Source: Coleofasciculus sp. B1-GNL1-01
GTDB taxonomy: Bacteria; Cyanobacteriota; Cyanobacteriia; Cyanobacteriales; Coleofasciculaceae
Strand: one strand, 5' to 3'
Length of the DNA: 64,000 nt
Assembly (NCBI GenBank): GCA_040220235.1
Contig: JAVJTO010000047.1
Positions within the stretch are counted from its first letter, which is position 1; the number at the start of each line of letters is the position of its first letter. The notes under the pieces are model-generated. The model had not been told where the DNA came from. It ran no database searches and worked only from the letters and a program-made list of their open reading frames with translations. This document shows, in pieces, positions 20,491 through 29,723 of the stretch. Position numbers and translations under genes: made by a program.

Positions 20491-20882
20491 TTTTGAAGGG
20501 AGGGTTAAAATCTTGGGGAGGAACGCGATCGCACTCTTGGGCTTTTCTATAATAGAGCGTTAGCGTAAGGCTTGCTATAGCTGGGTGAGGTGGATTGGAG
20601 AAAAGCTGAGACTATCCTCGATGAACTGGGTTCACCTTTTGAGGGAAAGGTTAAAATTTTGCGGAGGAAAGCGATCGCACTCTTGGGCTTTTCTATAATA
20701 GAGAGTTAGCGTAAGGCTTGCTGTCGCTGGGTGAGGTGGATTGGAGAAAGGCTGAGACTATCCTCGATTAACCGGGTTCACCTTTTGAGGGAAAAGTTAA
20801 AATTTTGCCGAGGAAAGTGATCGCACTCTTGGGTTTTTCTACAATAGAGAGTTAGTGTGAGGCTTGCTATAGCAGGGTGAGG
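20491..20882 (+). repeat. 146-bp direct tandem repeat, about 2.7 copies
   Basis: HIP1-like octamer at 20525, 20671 and 20817 (period 146); near-identical flanking sequence. Confidence 0.95.
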
Positions 20883-20888
20883 TCAGCG

Positions 20889-23858
20889 ATGGAGACAGCA
20901 CAAGAATGGTATGACCAAGGTGTTCAGGAATATGAGGCAGGGAATCACGAAGCGGCATTGGCTAGCTTTGACAGGGCGCTGGAGATTGAGGCGGACTATG
21001 GTGCGGCTTGGTTTCTAAAAGGATTTGTTTTATATGATTTAGGACGCTATCAAGAAACATTAGACTGTTATGATAAAACACTACAGTCTAACCCTTATTT
21101 CTACACTGCTTGGTATAACAAAGGGGAAGTTTTACAAAATTTACAAAAACACAAAGAAGCGTCAGAATGCTTTGATAAAGCACTACATTTTATTGATAAA
21201 GTCATAAACTATAAACCTGATTACTACGATGCTTGGTATTGCAAAGGGAATGTTTTTGTAGATTTAAAAAAATACCAAGAAGCTGTAGTATGCTTTGATA
21301 AAACACTACAGTTTAAACCTAATTTCTACAAAGCTTGGCATAACAAAGGGAATGCCCTTGTACATTTACAAAGATATCAAGATGCCGTATACTATTTTGA
21401 TAAAGCACTACAGTTTAAATCTGATTCCTACAAGTCTTGGAATAGTAAAGGCGAGGTTTTTTTGAATTTACAAAGATATAAAGAAGCCATCGAATGTCTT
21501 GATAAAGCACTACAGTTTAAACCTGATTCCTACGAGGCTTGGTCTAACAAAGGGAATGTTTTTTTGAATTTACAAAGATATAAAGAAGCCATCGAATGTC
21601 TTGATAAAGCACTACAGTTTAAATCTGATTCCTACGAGGCTTGGTCTAACAAAGGGTATGTTTTTGTAGATTTACAAAGATATAAAGAAGCTATCAACTG
21701 TTTTGATAAAGCACTACAGTTTAAATCTGATTCCTGCGAGGCTTGGCATGGTAAAGGGAATGTTTTTGTAGATTTACAAAGATATAAAGAAGCTATCGAA
21801 TGTTTTGATAAAGCACTACAGTTTAAACCTGATTCCTACGAGGCTTGGTCTAACAAAGGGAATGTTTTTGTAGATTTACAAAGATATAAAGAAGCCATCG
21901 AATGTTTTGATAAAGCACTACAGTTTAAACCTGATTCCTACGAGGCTTGGCATGGTAAAGGAAATGTTTTTGTAGATTTACAAAGATATCAAGAAGCCAT
22001 TGATTCCTATGATCGCGCCTTACAGCTAAGTAATAATCAAGATTGGGGCGCTTGGGCAAATCGAGCTGTAGCTGTCTCTTACCTAGACGGTTATGAAGCA
22101 AAAATACAAAACTATAATAACGGATTGCAAGCCCTCCAACCCGACAACCCCGAATATAACGAAGGGTGTGGCTATTTACATTGGCAGAAAGGCAAAGCAC
22201 AATATCAACATGGCAAAGAACATACACAATATATGCCTGACTGGTTCGATGCCAGAAACAGCTATCAACAAGCCCTAGAATTCCTCACCACACCGCATTT
22301 ACGATTACAGCGTCTAGAAGTCTTACAAGACCTCATTCAAGTCTACCGTGGCTTAAATTCACCCCAAGACGTGCAGGTATTACTCGCAGAAGCCACCGAC
22401 TTACTCGGACGCTTATTGCAAGAAATGTCCTTAGACGCTGATAAAATCAGACTCTCCCGAAAATTTGCCAGCTTGGTGCAATTGCGGGTTGATGAACTCG
22501 CCCACTCCCCCGAACCCACTCACCCGATAAAAGCCCTGGAATTAGCCGAAGAACGCAAAAATCTCTGCCTGCGCTGGCTGCGCTACGGTACTTATAAATC
22601 GACCGAAGACAGTCCCAGTTATGCACAAATGCAACACCTCTTAAATCCCCATACCGCGATTATTTACTGGCACATTAGTCCAGCGGCGATTACCACATTT
22701 ATCCTGGGACACGAACAGCCACTTCATGTTCTCAAACCCAGGAATCCAGCCACTGACAATAACCATCCCCAATCCCTGCCCCCATCCTTTCAACAACTGC
22801 TCAAATTTGAAGACTGGATGACAACCTGGAAACAGGATTATCAAGCTTATCGCCAATTTGACCAACGGCGCAACCAAGCCAATTCCAGAGACAGGGGAAA
22901 TCCTCAACGCTGTATTCCTTCAGACGAGGAGAAACGCTGGACAAAAACTATGCCCAAATCCTTAAAACGCCTCAAAGAACTGCTGGATATTCCAGGAATT
23001 ATGCAGTACCTCCAGCAGCATTGTCCCTCCATCACCCATTTAATTTTAGTTCCCCACCGAGACTTACACCTATTACCCATTCATGCCTTATTTCTCGATA
23101 CCTTTACAATTACCTATTTCCCCAGTATCCAAGTCGGACTCGATAATCAACAGCGAAAAGCCACCCAGCGAACTCAATCCCCATCCTTATCCCTCCTCAG
23201 TGTAGAAAATCCTCTCGGTGATCTCAAATATGCTTCCCTCGAATCGGTAACAATTTGTCAACTTTACCCCCAACCTTACCGCTTACCCAAATCACGCGCC
23301 ACGCTATCTGCTATTCAGCAAGCCTTCTCCCAACCTATCAATATTTTGCACTTCTCAGGTCATGCAGAACATAATCTAGAACACCCCCATCAATCCCACT
23401 TGAAATTAGCCAATGATGAAGAACTGACATTAAAGGATATCTTTGCAGCAGATTTAAGTCACTGTCATTTAGTCTGTCTCTCCGCTTGTGAAACTGGATT
23501 AACCAGTCAATCGGGATTAATTGATGAATTTGTCGGACTTGCCAGTGCTTTTCTGGCGGCGGGTGTGACTCATATTGTCGGGAGTCTTTGGAATGTGAAT
23601 GATTTATCCACCACGTTTCTGATGCTGAAGTTCCATGAAACCTTACAGGAGAATCCAGATGATGTATCTCGCGCCCTGAATCAAGCGCAATCTTGGCTAA
23701 AAAATGCGACGAAGCGAGAACTGAAACCGATGATTAAGCGATTACCGTTGAAGAGTACTTCTAGAATTAAGTTGAATAAGTTCTTAAATAAGATTGATGA
23801 TAAAAGGAAGCCCTTTGCTTCTCCATTTTGCTGGGCAGCATTTTGTCCAATTGGCTAA
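20889..23858 (+). CDS. TPR-repeat protein with C-terminal CHAT (caspase-like) protease domain (ORF open from GTG 20877)
   Basis: Multiple 34-aa TPRs; LILVPH..LHLLP, HFSGH, LSACETG, SLWNVND, FCWAAF; GAGG RBS before ATG 20889. Confidence 0.95.
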   Translation: METAQEWYDQGVQEYEAGNHEAALASFDRALEIEADYGAAWFLKGFVLYDLGRYQETLDCYDKTLQSNPYFYTAWYNKGEVLQNLQKHKEASECFDKALHFIDKVINYKPDYYDAWYCKGNVFVDLKKYQEAVVCFDKTLQFKPNFYKAWHNKGNALVHLQRYQDAVYYFDKALQFKSDSYKSWNSKGEVFLNLQRYKEAIECLDKALQFKPDSYEAWSNKGNVFLNLQRYKEAIECLDKALQFKSDSYEAWSNKGYVFVDLQRYKEAINCFDKALQFKSDSCEAWHGKGNVFVDLQRYKEAIECFDKALQFKPDSYEAWSNKGNVFVDLQRYKEAIECFDKALQFKPDSYEAWHGKGNVFVDLQRYQEAIDSYDRALQLSNNQDWGAWANRAVAVSYLDGYEAKIQNYNNGLQALQPDNPEYNEGCGYLHWQKGKAQYQHGKEHTQYMPDWFDARNSYQQALEFLTTPHLRLQRLEVLQDLIQVYRGLNSPQDVQVLLAEATDLLGRLLQEMSLDADKIRLSRKFASLVQLRVDELAHSPEPTHPIKALELAEERKNLCLRWLRYGTYKSTEDSPSYAQMQHLLNPHTAIIYWHISPAAITTFILGHEQPLHVLKPRNPATDNNHPQSLPPSFQQLLKFEDWMTTWKQDYQAYRQFDQRRNQANSRDRGNPQRCIPSDEEKRWTKTMPKSLKRLKELLDIPGIMQYLQQHCPSITHLILVPHRDLHLLPIHALFLDTFTITYFPSIQVGLDNQQRKATQRTQSPSLSLLSVENPLGDLKYASLESVTICQLYPQPYRLPKSRATLSAIQQAFSQPINILHFSGHAEHNLEHPHQSHLKLANDEELTLKDIFAADLSHCHLVCLSACETGLTSQSGLIDEFVGLASAFLAAGVTHIVGSLWNVNDLSTTFLMLKFHETLQENPDDVSRALNQAQSWLKNATKRELKPMIKRLPLKSTSRIKLNKFLNKIDDKRKPFASPFCWAAFCPIG
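21290..22020 (+). repeat. Highly similar 102-bp intragenic TPR-coding tandem repeats
   Basis: GATAAAGCACTACAGTTTAAA recurs every 102 bp. Confidence 0.95.
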
Positions 23859-23938
23859 ATCATTCTCTTGAAATTGTATAAATTGTATAAATTGTATAAA
23901 TTGTAGGGTGCGTTAGCGAAGCGTAACGCACCATGATT

Positions 23939-24037
23939 GGGAGCATCCCAATTTGGCAGGTTGGCTCTTTGAATGGGGCTGAAACCCTTGCAATTGCGTT
24001 ACTTGAGGTAATGCTTTGTCCAAAACGGGATGCTCCC
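23939..24037. mobile_element. 99-bp MITE with GGGAGCATCCC terminal inverted repeats and 8-bp target duplication CCATGATT
   Basis: TIRs at both ends; CCATGATT at 23931-23938 and 24038-24045. Confidence 0.85.
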
Positions 24038-24087
24038 CCATGATTCTATTGCCTATTCCCTATTCCCTGGCGCGTAGCGCTATAGCA

Positions 24088-25014
24088 TCACCGACTCATT
24101 CCATTTTCTTGTAGCCAGTTTGATAAGTCTTCTAAACTATTGAACCCTAAAACATCATTTCCTAGCTGTTCTACTTGTTCAAAAGACAAGTTTTGAATTT
24201 GGTTAACAATTTCTGGAGCAATTAAGCCAAACTGTCGCTCCAGTAAACGGAGTGTCCATCGGATTCCTTCCTCTCGACGCCCTCGTTCTAATCCATCCTG
24301 CTCTGCCTTAATAATAAATCCCCGTTGGTCTTCGAGAAACATTTCTTGTTTACGCAATTTTTCCAATTCCTCTACACTTAAATTCGCTTGATTCGCGATA
24401 TTCATCGCTTTATCTAGTGCCGGAAGTTGACTAAATGTGGGTGGAATAACTTCCAAGCTGGGAGCTTCTTTAATAAAGTAAATCCATTTATCCGTTAAAC
24501 TGTCTAATTCATCCAGTGTTTTCGTGAATTTGGGTAATTCCACAAAGATTAACTCGATTTCCGGATCAGGATAATCAAACAACTCCTGGGTTTCCTTTAA
24601 GCAAAAGCGTGTCAGGAACCGTTGCGTTTGGTCAAACATGAGAAAATCGGTAATCGTTAAGGCAATGGCGGGTTTAAGATAAGAGTATCCTTCCCCATAT
24701 TTGAGTTGATTCGCATAAGTTTTGGTCAGATTATAAATGACGCGCTTCTCAAAGGATGCCACGTTGAGTACCTGCATTTCAATTAATACGGTTGAGCCAT
24801 TATCGAGTAAGGCTTTGACATCTAGATAGCTATCTTTGAGATTAACGACATCTCCGGGATTATAAGGATCAAGGATTTCTAAATCCTGAATCACAGAATT
24901 GGCATCATAGATTAAGGCATTTAAAAAGCTAATCAAGATATCTTTGCTGTCGTTTGACCCAAATATTTTCTTGAAGGCAAAGTCAGTTTTAGGGCTAATA
25001 AATCTCAGCGTCAT
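24088..25014 (-). CDS. Rpn-family PD-(D/E)XK nuclease with DUF4351-like C-terminus
   Basis: SPKTDFAFKKIFG, LDVKA, IEMQ, ELPKF, WIYFIK; C-terminal LRLLERQFG..LSFEQVEQLG..LEDLSNWL. Confidence 0.9.
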   Translation of the reverse strand: MTLRFISPKTDFAFKKIFGSNDSKDILISFLNALIYDANSVIQDLEILDPYNPGDVVNLKDSYLDVKALLDNGSTVLIEMQVLNVASFEKRVIYNLTKTYANQLKYGEGYSYLKPAIALTITDFLMFDQTQRFLTRFCLKETQELFDYPDPEIELIFVELPKFTKTLDELDSLTDKWIYFIKEAPSLEVIPPTFSQLPALDKAMNIANQANLSVEELEKLRKQEMFLEDQRGFIIKAEQDGLERGRREEGIRWTLRLLERQFGLIAPEIVNQIQNLSFEQVEQLGNDVLGFNSLEDLSNWLQENGMSR

Positions 25015-25078
25015 AATTATTCAACCATTTAATCTAGGTAAAAATGATTATATCGTTTCCGTTGTACCCAAATGTAAC

Positions 25079-25206
25079 TAAGCTGTCACGCATTTAAGTT
25101 GGGAATGGGTAGCGAGCAAGATGCAAAGCCTGCGGCATGGCTTCGCTAAACGCACTACAAGGATTTCGTCATTATTGATATTAAGGTTTAAATGCCAAAC
25201 AGCTTA
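25079..25206. mobile_element. MITE family with TAAGCTGT...ACAGCTTA ends (other copies 28727-28878 inverted, 55723-55850, partial 15043-15125)
   Basis: Near-identical internal sequence GTAGCGAGCAAGATGCAAAGCCTGCGGCATGGCTTCGCT in all copies; ~20-bp imperfect TIRs with TA ends. Confidence 0.85.
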
Positions 25207-25314
25207 AGTTGTCGGACATAAATAAACGGTACTGCATCAAGACGCGAAAAATTATTGTCACCTTTACTTCCAGGGAATTTGAGCGTTTATGGCGCTAAAG
25301 CGCAACTACGAACT

Positions 25315-26163
25315 TCAAACTACAAAGTTTTCCCTTAACTGAACATTCCCTAATTTCAATTCAACGGTAAACCCTTTTTCTAATGAAATTGTGAAGCCTA
25401 CCTGACTGTAATAATCCCCCGACTGTGCTGTCGTTTTTCGCCAAATTTGCCCCAATTCATCCAATACAATTAACTCTAACCCTTCCGGTAATGTATCCTC
25501 TAACTCTGTCGAATACACCTGCAACACAACATCAATCTGTTGCTCTGAATTCCGCTTCACTCCCACCAATAATTCTACCGCTTGTCCTGCTAATTCTATG
25601 GTTTTATGTTGGGCAAATGCGGCTTGCGGATGGCTGGGTTCTAGTTCTCCTAAACTTAAAGCAATTTGCCAATAGGTTTCCTCATGGTGACAAGTTTGCA
25701 ATCCTTTAACTAATGCCTGAATAATTGCTGGATGAGGATTTCCGCTTTCCCCTAATTCCAACGCGGCTTGAAAACTTACCTGTTTATCGGGATTATCTAG
25801 TAATTCCATATAGCGGTGAATCACCCCGGATCTCGACCCGCCCCGCACCCCTTCTAATTCCTGACGCCAACTGGATGTATCATTCATTTCTTGGGCGAAA
25901 AATGTACCAATCAGTGTTGCTTCTGCTTCCCATTTATCCAGTACATTTTGCTGAAACCATTGTCGTAACTGCACCCCGATTGATACAGGGGCGGTGGGTT
26001 GATACTTAGAGACGGCATAAACATCCTGCACCGGAACACCCAGCAATTTTTCTAACTCTCCTGATAAAAATAAGGTCATAATCTGGTCAAAGTTGGCATA
26101 GGTTCCCTCAAGGATAAGTTCCGTCTTGGATTCGTTAGGATTAGGATTATTGTTAGGAGTCAT
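25315..26163 (-). CDS. DUF1822 family protein with HEAT-like repeats
   Basis: VQLRQWFQ..W, LQVY..LPEGLELIVLDE.G, F.VELKLG...RENFVV C-terminus; QAALELG / QIALSLG HEAT-like helices. Confidence 0.8.
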   Translation of the reverse strand: MTPNNNPNPNESKTELILEGTYANFDQIMTLFLSGELEKLLGVPVQDVYAVSKYQPTAPVSIGVQLRQWFQQNVLDKWEAEATLIGTFFAQEMNDTSSWRQELEGVRGGSRSGVIHRYMELLDNPDKQVSFQAALELGESGNPHPAIIQALVKGLQTCHHEETYWQIALSLGELEPSHPQAAFAQHKTIELAGQAVELLVGVKRNSEQQIDVVLQVYSTELEDTLPEGLELIVLDELGQIWRKTTAQSGDYYSQVGFTISLEKGFTVELKLGNVQLRENFVV

Positions 26164-26719
26164 AAGGTTCTCGTTTAATTAATTCAGCTAAACCTGGAAT
26201 TTGTCTAAGTTTATTAAATATGGCATCTATATCCTGATTCCCTGATATAACCAGACGAATCTCTAGTGGTTCCTCGCGAATAGACGATGTTATCGCTTTG
26301 CGGTATTTGGATTGATTGTTCTCTGTCGCTAAATCCAGATAGACTCTAACTTGCGCCCAATCCTTAATTGGCTTATTTGTCAATCGTTTGACATATTTAT
26401 ATAAGGTCTTAGAAAGAGCGGGTCTAACGGTACTTTTGTAACTAATATTAAATCGTTCAGCGATTTGTTCTGAACTGACGCCTTGTAGCAAAAGACAGAA
26501 CCAACAAACTTCCTTGGGTGTGAGGGGTTGGGGTTGAATCTTTAGCTGCTGAATATCTGCATCGCTAATCTCTCCATCCCCTATATACTCTTGCACCCCT
26601 TTTGCCCATGCCATATCGTTTAATAGCTGTTGCAAATGCCATTGTTCCTCCACAACTGGACATTCACGGCAATGGTGTTGATTGTTAGACGCAGGGCAAC
26701 ACTTCGTTAAATCGGGCAT
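26153..26719 (-). CDS. Helix-turn-helix protein overlapping the DUF1822 gene
   Basis: LTPKEVCWFCLLLQGVSSEQIAERFNIS...LSKTLYKYVK HTH-like pattern. Confidence 0.65.
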   Translation of the reverse strand: MPDLTKCCPASNNQHHCRECPVVEEQWHLQQLLNDMAWAKGVQEYIGDGEISDADIQQLKIQPQPLTPKEVCWFCLLLQGVSSEQIAERFNISYKSTVRPALSKTLYKYVKRLTNKPIKDWAQVRVYLDLATENNQSKYRKAITSSIREEPLEIRLVISGNQDIDAIFNKLRQIPGLAELIKREPYDS

Positions 26720-26848
26720 CTTTTACCATACAACATCTAGGGTCATTTGTGCTAACCAACATGGGTTGGTGAATGTTCGGGCAAATACCAACAACGATGG
26801 GTTAGAGAAATGAGAATCAATAGAGTCCAATGGACATAGACAAGTTCA

Positions 26849-27532
26849 GTGTACTCCTTCCCCATGAAACTTAAACGTCTACCCATTGTACTCAGTAGTG
26901 TCAGCCTAGTAAGCTGCACGGCTGTTTCTCAACCGCCAACCCCACCACCGCCCCAACCTGGCGTCTGTCGCACTATCCACGGTGGAAGTGAACTCTCTCT
27001 CAACCGCCCCCTGCAAACTATCCGGGTTCCGGTGAGTCGGGAGAGTGCAACCGAAGGGTTTACCACGCTAATTCTACCTACCTCGGCGGAGAAAATGAGC
27101 ATTCAGCTACTGATAGGAGACAAGAATGGATGGTCAATTCTGCCCAAAAATCAAGTCGTTGTTTGGCAAAATGCTAACACGCTGGACTTTTCCCCCAACC
27201 TAAGAATTATAAAAGGCGATCGCAAACTTTTGGTGCTGAATCTTCCGGTTAATCATTTCACCCTAACTGTGCAACCTGTTGTCAATCCTGAAAGTCAGGT
27301 GGCGGGAACAACTCAAGTTTATCCTGTCACTCTTTCCGCCACAGGGATTACTTCCCCATTTCAATTCTTAGAGAATTCATTCACCCCAGGCAAATCCTTC
27401 CCCGCCTCTGTGAACTCAATTCTCAATCGCACTCAACCCGGTGATGTATTAATCCCCAATCGCTTTGCCCGTGAACTGACTCTCTCAGAAATTATGGGCG
27501 CTGAACTCAACCGTTGTCCTCGTTCTCACTAA
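26849..27532 (+). CDS. Hypothetical lipoprotein (likely start ATG 26864)
   Basis: MKLKRLPIVLSSVSLVSC lipobox-like signal, Pro linker. Confidence 0.65.
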   Translation: MYSFPMKLKRLPIVLSSVSLVSCTAVSQPPTPPPPQPGVCRTIHGGSELSLNRPLQTIRVPVSRESATEGFTTLILPTSAEKMSIQLLIGDKNGWSILPKNQVVVWQNANTLDFSPNLRIIKGDRKLLVLNLPVNHFTLTVQPVVNPESQVAGTTQVYPVTLSATGITSPFQFLENSFTPGKSFPASVNSILNRTQPGDVLIPNRFARELTLSEIMGAELNRCPRSH

Positions 27533-27543
27533 TGGAGTGAATC

Positions 27544-27897
27544 ATGACTTCAACTCACGACTCTGCTGACAAAACTTCCACGGTTTTACCTGAACAAGAA
27601 ACAAAACCACCCTTGATTGACAACTCAAACCAACGACTGAAAGCAATCCTGACCTGGATAGGATTTGGTGGAATTTGGGGATTCTGGTGTATCTCGGCTT
27701 TGGGAACGTTTATCGCGTTAGAAATTCTCTTGGGCATTCTTGGCGGTGGCGTTAGCGGTAAATACAAACTCGATCTTTTTGGCTTCAAGGTTCCCACAAA
27801 AACTCTCGTTTCGACTATTTTTGCAGGTGCGATTGAAGTAGGCGGTCTGGGTGCGAGTTGGTTTAACCGGAAGCAAAAATCAGATGAATTGGACTGA
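27544..27897 (+). CDS. Hypothetical Gly-rich membrane protein
   Basis: GGAG RBS; 2-3 Gly-rich hydrophobic segments. Confidence 0.65.
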   Translation: MTSTHDSADKTSTVLPEQETKPPLIDNSNQRLKAILTWIGFGGIWGFWCISALGTFIALEILLGILGGGVSGKYKLDLFGFKVPTKTLVSTIFAGAIEVGGLGASWFNRKQKSDELD

Positions 27898-27999
27898 CGC
27901 TTAAAACCCAAATATCATTGTCCGGTGTTGGGTTTCGACTTCGCTCAACCCAACCTACACATTTTTGAATTCAATCACAGTTTCGCTTAACTAAGTCTC

Positions 28000-28686
28000 A
28001 TGCAACGTTTAATTTTACCTAAAATAACCCCTCCTTTAGTCGTCCACATTGGCATCGTTATTACCCAGTTCTTCCTATTCTCATCCGCCCTATCAATTGT
28101 CTTGTTGGGTCAATCTTCAACCATGGATTTTAATAGCTGGACAACAGAGGAAACTTTGGCTGAAGTTAAGACTGAATCACCGATTCCTTTTCCCTCTGAT
28201 CCTCTATCTGCTGGTCTAATTTACAGTTTAGCCTTAACCGCCGCGATTTGCAGTTCCTGGGTGATTCCAGAGGTAGCTTTAGCGATGAGCGATCGCGTGA
28301 CTTCTTTGCACTCTACTCCTAACCAGAATACCTCTGGGACATCTCCCGATCAACTGATTCCCGAAGACAGTAACACCGAGACTCAAGATGAACCCAACAG
28401 CACTCAGGATATCAATATGAAAATGCTCAGATTTATTCAACAATTTAGGCAAGTTTTGGGACAGCAGATGCTGGAAGACAGCATTCATCGCCAGCAAAGG
28501 TTTATCCATCAAACAATTGATACACTCAATGCCCAAAATGAGCAGTTAAATCAAGACTTGGAACGGGCAAAGACGTTACCACTAGAGATTGTCGATCAGG
28601 TTCTCCAAGGGGAAGCGGTGCAATATATTCCCAATCTGGATGATTATATTGAGCAAGAAATACTCAAGCGCAACAAGCAGGACTGA
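28000..28686 (+). CDS. Hypothetical membrane protein with C-terminal coiled coil
   Basis: Two hydrophobic segments, Q/E-rich helical C-terminus. Confidence 0.65.
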   Translation: MQRLILPKITPPLVVHIGIVITQFFLFSSALSIVLLGQSSTMDFNSWTTEETLAEVKTESPIPFPSDPLSAGLIYSLALTAAICSSWVIPEVALAMSDRVTSLHSTPNQNTSGTSPDQLIPEDSNTETQDEPNSTQDINMKMLRFIQQFRQVLGQQMLEDSIHRQQRFIHQTIDTLNAQNEQLNQDLERAKTLPLEIVDQVLQGEAVQYIPNLDDYIEQEILKRNKQD

Positions 28687-28726
28687 ATAACAAATTTTTG
28701 TGCTATTCAATTGGGCGCACATCAGT

Positions 28727-28878
28727 TAAGCTGTTCGGCATTTAAACCTTAATATCAATAATAACGAAATCCTTGCCGTAGTGCGTTAAGCGAAGCCATG
28801 CCGCAGGCTTTGCATCTTGCTCGCTACATTGAGCATCTTGCTCGCTACCAATACCAAATTTAAATGCATGACAGCTTA
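28727..28878. mobile_element. MITE copy (TAAGCTGT family) with internal duplication of GCATCTTGCTCGCTAC
   Basis: Reverse-orientation copy of 25079-25206. Confidence 0.85.
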
Positions 28879-29069
28879 TCCGTATCAACTTAAGTCTCTG
28901 CTAATAGACGTTCCACCGGAACTTCCTCTATTTTCCCTGCTTTATCTAAGCGTTTTAGTCCCTAAATTCGGTTGGGTTGTCTGGCGTCAACCCAACCTAC
29001 ACCTGATTCCACTTTTTTAACGATTAATGCAAACGAATCACCCCTACACAAAAACCCGTAACCTTAGCA

Positions 29070-29723
29070 TTAATTAACAATTACATATTCCCTAAACTTA
29101 GGACGAAAGCGAACCAAACAACGCTGGTAAAAACTGTTTAGGGTCGATATCTTAATCCCCAACTCGTTAGAAATTTCTTTCCAGGAGTAGCCAGCCATCA
29201 CCTTGAGGGCTAAAAACTTGAAATTAGCGACAGGCTGATTCACAATATGGGTACTTTGGAAAATTCCTTCTGGATCTTCCTGCAAAACATCAATGACTTC
29301 TTGTAAAATCGAAGGCGTTGATGAATGAGTAAATTGTAGTGACGTTTTTTGTTCCAGTTGTTCCAGCGTTAATCGAGTCACTTGACGCTGGTATGCCCGC
29401 TGAAACCCCTTGGGCATCACTTCACGACTGGCTTCGATAAAAAACCGCTTTGCGAATAGAAAGTTGACCCAGGATAAGACCTCATATTGCGGATTATACC
29501 TATCAATGTTTTCGCAGATATAACAAAATAGTTTTTGCTGGGCTTCGGCATAGATATCGTCATAAAAACCTCTAAATTTACCTTTATACGGACGGCAAAG
29601 CCTACCCGATTGTAAAATTTCTTTGATCAATTTAGCTAGAGCCAGTCGTCTGTTTTGGCTTTTCGCCGGAGATTGCTGGGCGGTGAGAGCCAGTTGTTTT
29701 AGGCGGGCGTTGAGTTCGTTCAT
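29070..29723 (-). CDS. Cyanobacterial sigma-70-like (ECF-size) factor
   Basis: IYAEAQQKLFCYICENIDRYNP..WVNF (region 2-like); YSWKEISNELGIKISTLNSFYQRCL (region 4 HTH). Confidence 0.75.
   Translation of the reverse strand: MNELNARLKQLALTAQQSPAKSQNRRLALAKLIKEILQSGRLCRPYKGKFRGFYDDIYAEAQQKLFCYICENIDRYNPQYEVLSWVNFLFAKRFFIEASREVMPKGFQRAYQRQVTRLTLEQLEQKTSLQFTHSSTPSILQEVIDVLQEDPEGIFQSTHIVNQPVANFKFLALKVMAGYSWKEISNELGIKISTLNSFYQRCLVRFRPKFREYVIVN

Noticed and set aside
20491..20882. 146-bp repeats as a CRISPR array or peptide-coding array
   Set aside because: No unique spacers; the 39-codon GTG ORF in copy 1 is interrupted by TAA in copy 2
21290..22020. TPR repeats as a diversity-generating retroelement TR/VR pair
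   Set aside because: No reverse transcriptase in the window and differences are not adenine-specific
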